Shown: positions 15,797 to 29,619 of the stretch, piece by piece | Numbering within the stretch: position 1 is the stretch's first letter | Layout of the letters: each line of letters begins with the position of its first letter | Assembly: GCA_964016885.1 (NCBI GenBank) | Contig: OZ024749.1 | Location: forward strand, 33,666,001-33,730,000 | Reading direction: 5' to 3' | Source of the DNA: Eledone cirrhosa | Taxonomy: Eukaryota | Length of the DNA stretch: 64,000 bases | The notes under the pieces: model-generated | The model's input: the letters and a program-made list of their open reading frames with translations, nothing else | Databases searched by the model: none | What the model was told of the DNA's origin: nothing | Position numbers and translations under genes: made by a program

Positions 15797-16577
15797 TTTA
15801 TGCAACACGTTAGTTATCGTCTTAAATGCCATTGGTCTATTTTACAGCTAAACCTAATTATTATAAATATCAAACCTCGATATTGGAAAACAGAAGAACT
15901 AAGTTAAATAATCATGACCAGAGAGCCGAAGAACATACACAAATACACACTCTCATACGTACACAAACACATACGCACATAGATACACACATACATTCAC
16001 ATACACATGTATGCGATCCTCCAATCCTAATAAAAAAAAAAGATCTTGCTAAATGGGGATATTTAAAGGATAGGGACGTTGTGTGTGACTGCAACATCGA
16101 AATACAGACTACACCTCTGCTCAGCATTAGGCTTCAAAAGGTTTAATGAGAAAAGGGAGCAATGTTTTCAGCTGTGGCGGGACCACATCTAGCCAAGCTC
16201 TGTAACTGAGACTCTTGTGGCTGTTGCCACATATTAATCAGAAAAGAAGTATAATGATTCTGAAAAAAAGCTCTAAAACCTGGAATTGAAGATAATTTGG
16301 AAAATATTTGGACAGAGATTCAACGATATAATAGGATAATTATAGATGTAAACCTTTTAAAACATGATATGTTTTTAGCACGGCTTAGACTGGAGCATGT
16401 ATATATATATAATTATTATTTATCCATAGTATGTGTTGGTTAATTTCCTATAACCGTAGGGTGCTCAACTTGTCTGGCTGGAAGATGCCAATCACATATG
16501 TAAGATGTAGGATTTGCTTCGATCATTCCCGGTGGGAGCTGTTTATATCTCCTTTCCTTTACCCTTCCTACGGAAAT

Positions 16578-16652
<75 letters not shown>

Positions 16653-16863
16653 TGTGTGTGTGTGTGTGAAAATATTCAGGGTGGATAATTCAGACAGTAT
16701 TTTTCATTCTTCCATTCCACGCTGCTGGTTCTAAACCAAATACGAATATATAAAATGATTTTTCATACTAGAACAAATCTAGTACTACTACTACTACTAC
16801 TACTACTACCACTACCACTACCACTACTACTACTATATATATATATATAGGGAAAAAAGATGA

Positions 16864-17026
16864 AATATATTTATTTGGTTCCTTTACCGCTTTCGCAGTT
16901 CTTCTGCTTTTCAAAAGTAGAGTTGAGATGGAGGGTCTGTGGTTTTTCTCAGACCCTTCATCTCAACTCTACTTTTGAAAAGCAGAAGAACTGCGAAACC
17001 GGCAAAGGAACCAAATAAATATATAT
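16864..17026. mobile_element. Fold-back element with a variant hammerhead motif in each arm
   Basis: About 75-bp inverted arms; CTT-TTGAAAA-GCAG aagaa CTGC-GAAA-(C/G)CGG-(T/C)A-AAG. Confidence 0.6.
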
Positions 17027-17154
17027 ATATTTTTTTAAATAAGACTCCAGTTGCATTTTCGATTTCATCTTTTTTCCTTATACTTTCACTCGTGTAGGAC
17101 ACCTCGGTTATTTTTCATTTTGTAAAAAAACCTCACTTTCTAATATATATATAT

Positions 17155-17239
<85 letters not shown>

Positions 17240-17648
17240 TTGCAAGGTTTTTGATATGAAATCGTTTGTTGAAACAAATATTGTCATATTTGGGGAGCGT
17301 CATATTGTTATAATATTGCCAGAAATAATAATAGAACACACTCACTGTTTGGTTTGGGTTGGTTTTCGCTTCTCTATCTTTTATATCTCCATCAAATCTG
17401 TATCTTTTATATCTATATATATAAACACGAGAAATGAATTTTTCACACGTTGTCCACACGTCGCCAAAAACCTATTGAATAACTACAAGGCTCCGGACTG
17501 ATTCCATGTAATTTTATTTCCAAAACCTTTTTTCGGACTCTCGCCATTTCACCTCTCGCACGCATTCTAGTATTGCCTGTGTGAAGTGACCGGGTTTCTG
17601 CGCATGCGCGTTCGTACGGTTGTCCTTCCTGTGTTCCTATAACCATGC

Positions 17649-17698
17649 CCATTACGAGCTGAGGATTCGCTAAGGTGAAACAATTGTTCTCGGAATGG
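17649..17698 (+). ncRNA. Type I minimal hammerhead ribozyme motif
   Basis: Stem I CCATT-A-CGAG/CTCG-G-AATGG, core CTGAGGA, weak stem II, GAAA, palindromic stem III ACAATTGT, GUU cleavage triplet. Confidence 0.7.
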
Positions 17699-17790
17699 TG
17701 AACTAACTGTTGTGTAACCACTTCTACCTAACCCGTCCCATGGACTGTGTGCTCTACCACTACGGATATTACCTTCCAGTGTTCCACCAC

Positions 17791-17890
<100 letters not shown>

Positions 17891-18689
17891 CGTACGTTTG
17901 CGTGTCTGTGTGTGTATTGCATATAGTTCTTAATCAAAATACCTATTGAATTATACATACGATTTAAATATCCATTTATATCTTTCGACAAAAATAAAAA
18001 CAAACAAAAAATTAAAAATTAAAAGCAATATATCAATTGTATATCGAAGTTATTGAATATTTATAATACCTCATACAATTTGGAGATAAAATCAAATAGT
18101 TAATCTATTTTTCATACACTTATGTTTAATATGTCTTGACATATAAATGATAAAAAATGAAGGCAAAATTCGATTGAAATGTGTGTTATTAGATTTTTAT
18201 GGTAGTGTTCAGGGATCTATTGTATACATGTGAGTTTCACTCGCTCTGATCGATCGACAAGATCCCAGACGTCATTCACCTGCCGAGTGGAGTGGATCTC
18301 GTGAAATCCGACATAGGAAACAATGTTGGTCTTTCTATTGCTGATACTATCTACCGGTCACAACTCTTAGCAGAAAGAACAATATGAAATAAAGTGTCTT
18401 GCTCAAGGACACACAAAGCACCATCCGGTCCGAGAATTGAACTCGCTACCTCACGACTGCGAATCCAATTCTCTAACCACTAAGTCACGCACCTTCACGT
18501 GAGTTACAATTTGATATTTCCCCACTTTAATTTAATCGATTGGCCAATGTCAGTGTTGATGACGAGTCTTCGATTTCTTCGTGCTGCGGAGGAGCATGAA
18601 CATGAAATTACCATGTAAGTGGCTGAGCATTCCACAAACACATGTACCCATAACGAAATTCAGATATAATGCTGATTTCATTGCAAATG

Positions 18690-19070
18690 TTTATTCAAAT
18701 GAAGCAGTATATTATCCCGGCCAACTAAGTGGGTATTGTTTCCTTTGAATTCACTTGTGTTTCTCCAATCTTTATAAACACCAACAGCTCTAATATATTA
18801 TCAGTTTCACAACGACAAATTAGAAGGCTATGGGTTTATCTTTGTCAAATAAACCAGCATACCACAAGAAGACGGAGATTGGGTTCTCAAACCCCAACAT
18901 GAGAGCATTTGACTCTACTTTACTCCCCTGTATAAAGCATTTTGGCAGCAAGTTCGAAAAAACCCTGGTCATCGGCCGTCGAAATGAACGTAAACAGTTT
19001 CGACCCCTAAAGATGGTAACCGAAGTCACAATGTCTGACAAAATAATTGGCGTGTTAAGACGAAAATGAA
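18690..19070 (-). pseudogene. Highly decayed mariner-like transposase fragment
   Basis: Minus-strand reading ...KETIPT*LAGIILLHLN resembles the mariner KRP...IILLHDNA motif; many stops. Confidence 0.4.
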
Positions 19071-19150
19071 ACAAAACAAACTTACGTGTATAGAACTAAA
19101 TGCACGACATTTAAATCTTATATATTAAGACATTATATATATATATATAT

Positions 19151-19355
19151 AGTTTTGCGAGGTTTTTTATATGAAATCGTGTGTCGAAACAAATATTGTT
19201 ATACTTGGGGAGGGTCATATTTGTGTAATATTGCCAGAATTAATAACAGAATACACTCACTGTTTGGTTGGTTTTCGCTTTTCGCTTCTGTGTCTTTTAT
19301 ATCGGTAATCTAATTTATTCGGTCCTCAATGTTGCCATTGACTGACCAACGGTCA
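19151..19355 (-). mobile_element. Mini-element family B, single arm (related copies 17235-17420 and 52727-52992)
   Basis: Shared ttgttatacttggggagggtcatatttgtgtaatattgccagaattaataacag sequence next to (TA)n. Confidence 0.75.
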
Positions 19356-19611
19356 AAAATAATACAGATACAATATAGACACAAACACATATATATAGTT
19401 TATCAAAGTTCTTTCGTTGCACATCTGCAACATCGTCAGTGGTGCTATTGTTTACTCCCGTTGGATTGTATTTTCTACGCAATCTTTTTCTTTTTGCGTA
19501 GAAAATACAATTTTTTTTTACACGCAGAAATGCCCATTTGTACCGTCCTGTATTGTCCTGTACTTTCCTTAATGTCTACTTTATGTAAACCCTTGTGGTT
19601 AATAAAGAAAA

Positions 19612-19658
<47 letters not shown>

Positions 19659-19988
19659 GTTGGCAAACGGGACAGATTGAATTTCTAAAAGTTAAGAGTA
19701 TAAAAGCATAGCACTGCTCTTAAATCAATAACATCATCAGAGAAAACTGTAGAAATAGTTGCAATACAAATTGGTTTATTACTCATGCAGAGCAGATGCG
19801 GATAACGAAGCGCTGACAAGGTAAAGAAAGCCAGCCAAAATATATGTCTTCGACTGGAAAGCCGCATAATTTTCAAAAGCCCAGGACAATTAATAAGCGT
19901 GTACACTAAGGTGGTGTAGCTTTACCTCACAGCTGTGTAGCTGTGTATTTCAGGAGTATGTCATCTCGTATTACGGAGTTGAACTGTG

Positions 19989-20064
<76 letters not shown>

Positions 20065-20124
20065 ATACTTTGGGAGGGTCATGTTGCCAACAAATTCAGA
20101 AACGAAATAATATATATATATATA

Positions 20125-20215
20125 TTAAAATAACAGATTAAAGTTTAAGCAAAGAATCGCTGCTTTCACCCTTAACGGGATCTTCTGAACCTAAACAAAA
20201 ATACGTTGCAACCGA
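20125..20215 (-). mobile_element. Family C pLTR-like fragment with hammerhead-like motif
   Basis: Same sequence as 53059-53130. Confidence 0.6.
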
Positions 20216-20368
20216 AGGAAAACAGTGGTTCGTGAAGACGTTCCCTGGCAATGAACGGAAAAAAGCGAAGATTATACGTCGTTATGTGGAACGAGGAGAA
20301 CAATTACACACAAAGACAAAATATAAGTTAAGAATAATGTAACTATACATACATATATATATGTATGT

Positions 20369-20455
<87 letters not shown>

Positions 20456-20458
<3 letters not shown>

Positions 20459-20639
20459 GAAAATGTACGACCCCGTATGTACGGCAGAGCTCAAGCCGTT
20501 TCGACAGCTATTTCTGGTCGAAACAGCTTGAGCTCTGTCGTCGGGGGTCATACATTTTCCTATTACCCACTCTTCTACCCTAAGAATTGAGTACTCTGGT
20601 GCGTTATGGTCCATCTGGTTCCTTACCACAACTCCTTCG

Positions 20640-20642
<3 letters not shown>
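20456..20642 (+). mobile_element. Fold-back mini-element family A
   Basis: Imperfect hairpin plus tail ending ccttcgtt-(AT)n. Confidence 0.75.
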
Positions 20643-20694
<52 letters not shown>

Positions 20695-21424
20695 AATGGA
20701 AGTTCAGTAGAATCAAAACTCTGGCTGCGACCATGCTAACGAATGCAATCCGGAATGTGCAATGAAGCACTCAATAAGGTAGTTTTACCTTAGAGTAATA
20801 ACATTACGTTTGGACAGCTTGACAAGTTGAAGACTGCGACCGGTGAGCCAACCGCAAGGACCAAAGCAATGAGAAAACCAACTCAGGATAATTTGACAAA
20901 CCTGGACAATCCCGTCGATATTATGCAATATATATCTTATTGGCGTATTTATCAGCATCTGAACAGTGACTTATGGAAATAATGGCTAATTTTTTTATAT
21001 CTCTATTATCACAGAAGATAGAAATGCTCCAACAAGCGATGCCTCTATAATGGCCGCCTAAAACAGCTTGATATATGATAAACAAGACATCATTATTAAA
21101 AACCTTTAAGGAAACACACTGCGATGTCCCTATAATGGCCTCCTAAAACAGAGTGATATAGGATAAACAAGGCATCGTTATTAAAAACCGTTAAAAAAAA
21201 ATACTGTTTTAAATTACTAGCATCGTCATTATATCAACTTTTTATAGAAACATATTTGGAAAATACGAATAACTTTTGCACAGTTTATGTTTTAAAAGAT
21301 CCAGGAACAAAGTGCTGCACAGTGCATTCGTACTGCGTCAACATGGCTGCAAAGTGAACATTCTAACAACATAGCTGTCTAGTTTTACATTCATATGTAC
21401 ACATTTATGTCTATATACATGTTT

Positions 21425-21490
<66 letters not shown>

Positions 21491-22720
21491 GTATATATAC
21501 ATATAATTACATCAGTGACATAAACAGGTACTTGAGTTTCGAAACTTAAGTACCTGTTGTAATTATTTATACTAAACTCGTCTTAGGGACTGAGTGCTCG
21601 TACACTTGGTTATTTCTACCAAACATTTACTACAGTATAGATATATAGATATACTGAACTGGTACTTTTTTATCGACCTCGAATCGATGAAAGACGGTGA
21701 ATTAGCAGAGTCATTAGAAGGTCGAACAGAATGCTTTGCGGTACTCGTTTCAGCTCTCTGCTGTTTGAGTTCAAATCCCACCGAGGTAAACTTTGCCTTC
21801 CATCCATTCGAGGTCGATAAAAAAGTACTACTTCAATACTGGTGCCGTTTCTTCCTCCATATCTATTTCTCACTTCCATTTTCTCACTCCCTATGCTCTA
21901 TCCTTCTCTGAAAGAAATCTGCTTTATTTAGAACAGCTTTTTAAAATTAATTCCCTAGAAACACTGTATGTCGGGACTGACGAGGCCATACACTCTAAGA
22001 AAATACTATATGTTCATTGTTTCAATATTCTACGAAATTTAATAACATTATAAATTCATTGTGAGAATCAACTAAACTAATATAATAACAAGGCAGTACT
22101 AGATTCCTAACACTTTACTGTTTGTTTTCGGACTAAAATATATATTTTCTCATTTTCCTCCATTTTGTTTGACCGTTTTTGTTGTAGCCGTTGTTTTTCT
22201 CATTCTTTTTCAAAGATATTAAATGTATTCGTTTTGTATCTTATCAGTCTAATTATATGTTTCTATTTTTGATATAATTTCCTCAACATTTAGCAACATT
22301 TATCTAATACTGAGATGAAAGCTTTGCTTAATCATCTAATCAAATCATTATTTAAATAATTATATATATAAAATAAAATGTAAATAGTCAGTTGGAATTT
22401 TCGGACGACGTGGTACTACGAAACATTTAAACTACGAAAATAGCATCATATAGAAATAGAAATATACAAATATAATTTCCCTTAGGTGACTCATAATAAT
22501 AATAATAGTAGTAATAATAAAATATCAAAACCCAATGGGAAATTTAGGACATATTAATTTAATTTAAAAAATTTTATTTGAAAAAGAAGCAGGACGAAAT
22601 GAAACCTAATACAAGTGCATACATATTTGGAAACTGTTCATAAACATAAATTAATTGTTCACACACACATATGCATACATACATACATACATACATACAT
22701 ACATACATACATACATACAT

Positions 22721-22753
<33 letters not shown>

Positions 22754-22992
22754 TATATATATATTATATATATATATCACAGAAAAAAAAAGAGAATCAG
22801 TGTTGCGACGAATGGAATTTATTACAATCGTTTCTCTGGCGACCAGCTCGAGGCACGATCGATGTGATATCATACTCTGCTTTATGAGAACATCGAGTGT
22901 TCATACGGCCTACCGCATACGGACGCTTTAAGCATCCAACACCAATTATATATATATATATACATATATATATATACATATACGTATGTAAA

Positions 22993-23186
22993 TGGTAAAC
23001 AGAAATAACACAATCGGTACAGTATATGGAAGAAATATATTAAGTTAACGCTTGAAATAGCAGGAAGAGGGTATTGACGTTTTGGACGCTAGACCTTCAT
23101 AAAAAAAAAAAGAATGAGAAATAAGATAGATTGAAGGGATGGGTGGGGTGGGATTGGAAAAAATGTCTTTAGATAAAAATAACAGG
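22993..23186 (-). mobile_element. pLTR-like fragment, inverted partner of 24965-25147, with a decayed hammerhead motif
   Basis: Partner reads CTGATGAAGGACTAGCGTCCAAAA, with GAAA mutated in both copies. Confidence 0.55.
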
Positions 23187-23299
23187 TATGCTAATTACTG
23201 AGTTGATTATCTGCAAGGTGTAAGCAGGTAAAAGCACTCCATGTCAGCTGTATATATATCCAGCATTACAACAGAGTTTCTATGTATATGAATCCTTTG

Positions 23300-23476
23300 A
23301 AGGCAACAAAAATAACTACATGTGGAACAGAAAAAGTATAGGAAGCAAAGTTGTAGAACAAAGGATCAGCGATTCATTGATAGAATGGTGCTTGAAGATT
23401 GTAAGAAGCGACACAAGAATTTTGGAATGGCGTGGATTGATTATAAAAAAGCTTTCCATATGGTCCCCCATTCCCG
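23300..23476 (+). pseudogene. Reverse transcriptase fragment, R4/Dong-like
   Basis: EQK...TKDQ..ID.MV......NFGMAWIDYKKAFHMVPHS matches the RT motif AWIDYKKAYDSVPHS. Confidence 0.8.
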
Positions 23477-23913
23477 GATCTTTGCTTTTCACCAATCCTG
23501 TGTCAATAAAATAAAATACCATTTCCAGTAATGGGTCGATATAAATGCCGTTAGAAACCGTTATTGCAACAAGGGAGATAATTTCATATTTGTATAATTT
23601 TAAGGCAAGTGTTAAAGTTACTAATCTTATTTTCTGATCAGTTTAACAGAACCGTCAATGGTGCCGAAGGATGGAGAGCAGCTGTTGAGATTACTGCAAT
23701 TGACAAAAATAGTTCCTTCACTCACTGATTCACTGATAATTCGTTTCTTTTACCTTTCAATCAAAATACATTGACATATACTTCTGCGCATACATGCGCA
23801 CTCCCCAACACACATATACACACATATACACATATGCAGGCGCAAAAGGGCAATGATGAACGCACGTCCAAATACACACACATGGATATATATATATATA
23901 TTATATTTATATA

Positions 23914-24017
23914 CAGGGTGTCCAAAAAATGTGTACACACTTCAACAGCATCTTAATAAATATTGGCTGTACAGGTAATCAAAATGAAGTGAAGTATACA
24001 TTTTTTGGGACACCCTG
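23914..24017. mobile_element. Tc1/mariner-type MITE (related copies 15036-15130, 28630-28712, 37626-37725)
   Basis: TIR CAGGGTGTCC-AAAAAATG..TACAC flanked by TA. Confidence 0.8.
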
Positions 24018-24049
24018 TATATATATATATATATATATACATATATATA

Positions 24050-24253
24050 TAGGAACGAGTAGGACCCCGACGGCAGAGCTCAAGCCGTTTCGACGGCTAA
24101 TTCTGGACAGAATTGAGTCCAGAATTAGCCGTAGAAACGGCTTGAGCTCAGTCGTCGGGGTCCTACTCGTTCCTATTACCCACTCTACTACCCTAAGCAT
24201 TGAGTACTTTGGTGCGTTATGGTCCATCTGGTTCCTTACCACATTTTCTTCGT

Positions 24254-24254
<1 letters not shown>
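24050..24254 (+). mobile_element. Fold-back mini-element family A
   Basis: Hairpin 24050-24175 with loop agaattga, plus tail, within (TA)n. Confidence 0.75.
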
Positions 24255-24284
<30 letters not shown>

Positions 24285-24346
24285 CTGTGTGTGTGTATGT
24301 TTACACTGTTCAACAGCATACATACAAAGCATTCTCCCCCCCCCCT

Positions 24347-24347
24347 C

Positions 24348-24411
<64 letters not shown>

Positions 24412-24423
24412 CACTACCACTAT

Positions 24424-24458
<35 letters not shown>

Positions 24459-24529
24459 TTACCACTACCACCACCACTACTACTACCACTACTACTACTA
24501 CTACCACTACTACTACTACTACTACTACC

Positions 24530-24612
<83 letters not shown>

Positions 24613-24620
24613 CACTACTA

Positions 24621-24655
<35 letters not shown>
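24347..24655. repeat. (CTA/CCA)n trinucleotide microsatellite
   Basis: Direct reading. Confidence 0.95.
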
Positions 24656-24657
<2 letters not shown>

Positions 24658-24915
24658 ATAACACTAGCTCAACCACAACACAGATTTCGTCTACCTGTAT
24701 CATTTCTAACAATATTTTAAATAATTTATTTCAGGATTTCTTAAGCTGTATCATTCTATCTCACAGTAAAAACCTGATTTGTGTCTTATCTTGTGCTAAC
24801 GTATGATCACTTTGCAATGAAAAATATCAACGAAATTTCTTTCTAACTTTATCTCTCTCTCTCCCTCTTTCTCTTTCTCTCTCTCTCTCTCCACATATAC
24901 ATGCATACCTACACT

Positions 24916-24947
<32 letters not shown>

Positions 24948-25144
24948 ATGTCAACATGAATCGTCCTCTTATTTTTATCTAAAGACAGTTTTTCCAATTC
25001 CAAACCGCCCGTCCCCTCAATCTATCTTATTTCTCATTCTTTCTTCTGATGAAGGACTAGCGTCCAAAATATTAAGACGTTCTTCCTGCTAACACATCCC
25101 TTCCATATACTGTACCGATGGGGTTGTTATTTCTGTTTACCTTT

Positions 25145-25195
<51 letters not shown>

Positions 25196-25279
25196 AAACT
25201 CTTACTAAGCGTGAAACTATTAATATTTGTACCATTTACTCCTGCGTTTGTCTGTTTTTTTTTGTTTTCTGATAATCTC

Positions 25280-25338
<59 letters not shown>

Positions 25339-25356
25339 GAGAGAGAGAGTAATAAT

Positions 25357-25540
25357 TGTTTCTACTATTGGCACAAGGCCAGTAATTATCCCAGTACATT
25401 ACTGGTACTTTATTTCATCAACCCCCGTAAGTATGAAAGGCAAAGTTAACCTCGGCGGGATTTGAACTCAGAATGGCAAGGGCTGTAACTATATGCGTCA
25501 AAGCATGGCATCCGACCCTCTACCGATACTGCCAATTCAC
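25357..25540 (-). mobile_element. SINE S1
   Basis: Full S1 consensus on the minus strand. Confidence 0.9.
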
Positions 25541-25676
25541 CTAATACTAAATGTGAAGACTAAAATCTGAAGAGGGCTCAAAATCCGAAGTAGTATAGTT
25601 AATACAAACCACACCAGAAGAACATACATACATACATACATACATACATACATACATACATACATACATACATACA

Positions 25677-25705
<29 letters not shown>

Positions 25706-25707
<2 letters not shown>

Positions 25708-26077
25708 TGGGGCACTGGGATATGGTAGTAACTGCCTCAATACAAATCTTGAGAAGCTAGGCTTCACATGAACAGAAAGAACATGACTAGTTAGGAAATT
25801 ACAAGTACAATCCATTAATGGAACAGTAAAAATATGTAAAACATTCCAAAAATTGTGCATCTAATAACTGCATATACACATGTACAGATGCAAAGCATAT
25901 ACACATCCACACATACAACTCAAAACATACACATCCACACATACAATAACATCCATATCTACACATGCATACATACATATCTACCTAGTTGATGTTGTGT
26001 AAATTCCAACGTGTCTATGTTAGAAACCGACTCTCCCTCTATTGGTAAAACTTTCTGAAATTATAAAACCAGAAGAA
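25706..26077 (+). mobile_element. 3' end of a second R4/Dong-like LINE family
   Basis: IGALGY...LEKLGF...LQVQSINGTVKICKTFQK aligns with the C-terminus of the 26778 element; internal stops; ends CCAGAAGAA-(CATA)n. Confidence 0.75.
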
Positions 26078-26090
26078 CATACATACATAC

Positions 26091-26688
26091 ATGGTGGCTG
26101 CCAACTCGTTTTCGAGTACGGTCACTATTTTATATCCATGTAGGAGAACCCCTACCGATGCGTTGAACGAGTGTGACTTTTTAGTCCAGCCAGCGACTTG
26201 AAAACTCTGGAACAAACACTACACTTGTGACAATTATTGACACATAGTGCTGGGCCCATGATACCATGTGACGACAAGTGCAGAGAGATCTCCAGATATA
26301 AAGCAATGCCTGTGCCGTGAAGCTTTTATAGTGAGCAAAGGCACTGCACAAAGCCAGTCCCACTCTCTTAACCAAGATGATATTTACCAAAAAGAAGAAC
26401 AAGTCAACATCATTGGATACCATCAGGGTTGCAGGTGTTATATCAGAGTTTTCCTTCTCCTAGAATTCTGCCTTGACAAAGGCTAAGGGGTCATCTCTCC
26501 CGCTGATTTTGGATGGCTATTGACTCTTAAGAGCTCCTTTGCCCTTTGGCAGGTTTTGATTTTAGTCCTGCAGGATGTCCAAAATCACCCTCCTCACCAA
26601 GAAACCTTGGTGGGGTTGCCAATTTAGTCGCCAACGACCCGACCATGAGACAGGTTGTACTGGGATACATGCTACCAGTAGCACCAAC
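26091..26688 (-). mobile_element. Non-autonomous bipartite RTE-like element (5'UTR-like part joined to 3' C2H2 zinc-finger end)
   Basis: CTAGGAGAAGGAAAACTCTGA motif (26443-26463), recalled as typical of RTE 5' regions; terminal [25 protein letters not shown]; no RT. Confidence 0.65.
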
Positions 26689-26701
26689 ATACATACATAC
26701 A

Positions 26702-26735
<34 letters not shown>

Positions 26736-26777
26736 CATACATACATACATACATACATACATAATACATACATACAT

Positions 26778-27161
26778 ACGTGTTCTGTTGTGGAGATCAG
26801 CTGCCCACTTGATGTAAACGTTGTCAGAAAAATACAGGAGAAGGAGGACATCTACGGACCATTGATGAGGAGTTTACAAATCCTGTATCCAAGATACACC
26901 TTTAGCTTCATACCCATCATTATTGGTGCTACGAGTTATATACCAACCCGCTTGGACCAAAGTATGACTGAACTTGGATTTGCGGACAAAAAGCGCAGCT
27001 CCCTAATTCATAGTCTACAAATGGCTGCGATAGCTGGCACCTTCAAAATTTGCAAAACATTCTTGCGATTCAAGGGATGACAATTTCTTTTCTTTTACAA
27101 CCTTGCCACCAGGAAGGTGGCCGGTCAAAAAAATATACTCGAAATTAAGAGAAAGAGAAAA
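26778..27161 (+). mobile_element. 3' end of R4/Dong-like LINE, same family as 6481-7283
   Basis: EISCPLDVNVVRKIQEKEDIYGPL...[11 protein letters not shown], flanked by (CATA)n on both sides. Confidence 0.9.
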
Positions 27162-27723
27162 CATACATACATACATACATACATACATACATACATACAT
27201 ACATACATACATACATACATACATACATACTAATGCATGATAGTGGTATGTGTGAGTGTTATGTACTACAATATCGTGAAAGTCATTCCATTAATATATT
27301 CACGATATTAAAGAACACATGCAAGATTCCTCTGCCGTAATTGTGTCAGTTCTCAATCTATATTGTAGTACAACATATTTATTCCTGGAAGGAAATCTGT
27401 CCAAGCTTACAAAGAATGTTGCTAAGGAGATATTTTAGAAGGAAATGGCCACAGGCTTATCATTTATATTTCATGATATGTAGAGATAGATTTTGGACAT
27501 TGAAGTCTTAAACGATGATTGTTTTGACAAGCAAAGATTTATAAGGTCAAAGTGATATCTTAATAGATTTGTGAGCGTGTGAGTGTGTGTATGTGTGTGT
27601 CTGTGTATGTCTGTGTGTGTGAGTGTGGAAGTATGTAACCGTGCGTGACTATATATACATATGTATGCACGCATTCATTTACGAATGCATGTATATATAT
27701 TATTCAAATATCCTAAACATATG

Positions 27724-27781
<58 letters not shown>

Positions 27782-27850
27782 CGTGTGTTTATATATGTAT
27801 ATATATATGTGTGTATACATGTATATATATATTATAGATGTATATACACG

Positions 27851-27921
<71 letters not shown>

Positions 27922-27945
27922 ATGTACGCATGTATGGATATAAAT

Positions 27946-27990
<45 letters not shown>

Positions 27991-28275
27991 GTTAGTTAGG
28001 TGTGTAATTGGATGTGTCTTTGCACATATAAACTCGCATATATGAGGCAATGTCGAAGAAGAAACGGGCCCGGTCGTTATGATTTTACCGGTATCGAAAC
28101 AATTATAATACATTTGTACTTATGCTGCAACACTGACTTCGATTCTACTACTACTCTCTCCCCCCCCCCCCTCTCTCTCTCTTTTTCACTCTTTCTCTCT
28201 TTCTTTCTCTCTCTGTCTCTCTCTCTCTCTCTATATATATATATACATACATATATGTTTTATTCTTTTTATATA

Positions 28276-28326
28276 ACAGGCTGAATGAGTTGGGGGTATA
28301 TAACCCAACGAAACTTAAGTACTTGT
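28276..28326 (+). ncRNA. Type I hammerhead motif with one extra core nucleotide
   Basis: ACAGG-CTGAATGA-GTTGGG loop CCCAAC-GAAA-CTTAAG-TA-CTTGT; palindromic stem III. Confidence 0.65.
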
Positions 28327-28344
28327 ATATGTCACTATTGTAAC

Positions 28345-28411
<67 letters not shown>

Positions 28412-28892
28412 ATGAGTGTGTATGTGTGTATGTATTTACTTTAGTTGTTACAATAATGGAAATCTTTGACATTTACCAAACCTCTGATATATTCAGAGTT
28501 CCAACTTGTTGATGTTACTACGCCTGTTATTCTTCCGAATTATATTCCTTAATGGAACTACAGGACATATCTTTCCTACTCCCTTAATCATCTATTGTTA
28601 TAGAATGTCGCATGTCATACACACACATACAGGGTGTCCTTCAAAAATGTATACATACTTCAGTTTTATTAGAATATTGTTGAAGTGTGTATACATTTTT
28701 GGGGACAGCCTGTATATATGTATATGTTGTATTATATTATTCATATTTTATAAATAAATATATACACGTGTGTGCACGCGTGTCTATGTGCTTTTATCTA
28801 TATTCATATACATACACACATATATTCATGTTCACACATATGTATATACATCTATGAACTTATATATATATATATATGTATAAATATATAAC

Positions 28893-28954
<62 letters not shown>

Positions 28955-28958
28955 TATA

Positions 28959-29050
<92 letters not shown>

Positions 29051-29113
29051 ACTATATATATATAGTTATATATATACATACATATACATACATGCACACA
29101 CATATATACACAT

Positions 29114-29166
<53 letters not shown>

Positions 29167-29207
29167 TATATATACATACATATACATACATGCACACACA
29201 TACACAT

Positions 29208-29264
<57 letters not shown>

Positions 29265-29265
29265 C

Positions 29266-29347
<82 letters not shown>

Positions 29348-29619
29348 GTAAAACGAAATATGCAATGTCAATCTATGCCTGCGCCCACTTGACCGTGTGT
29401 ATGAATGTATACCTGTTTATTTATGTATATAAAATATATATGTCACAATGTAGAACTACATGTATGATAGTGTCAATATATGCTGGACAGCCATCACCAC
29501 AACCGCCATTTGTAGTTGTCATTCAAGACGAAGACATTTTCTTCTTAATATCTTATTATTGCATTGATTCTTTCATGGCTGTTTGATGACTATGGGGAGA
29601 GGTAAGTGTGGTGAATATT

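Noticed and set aside
26560-26688. HDV-like ribozyme at the RTE 5' end
   Set aside because: The nested double pseudoknot could not be assembled by eye.
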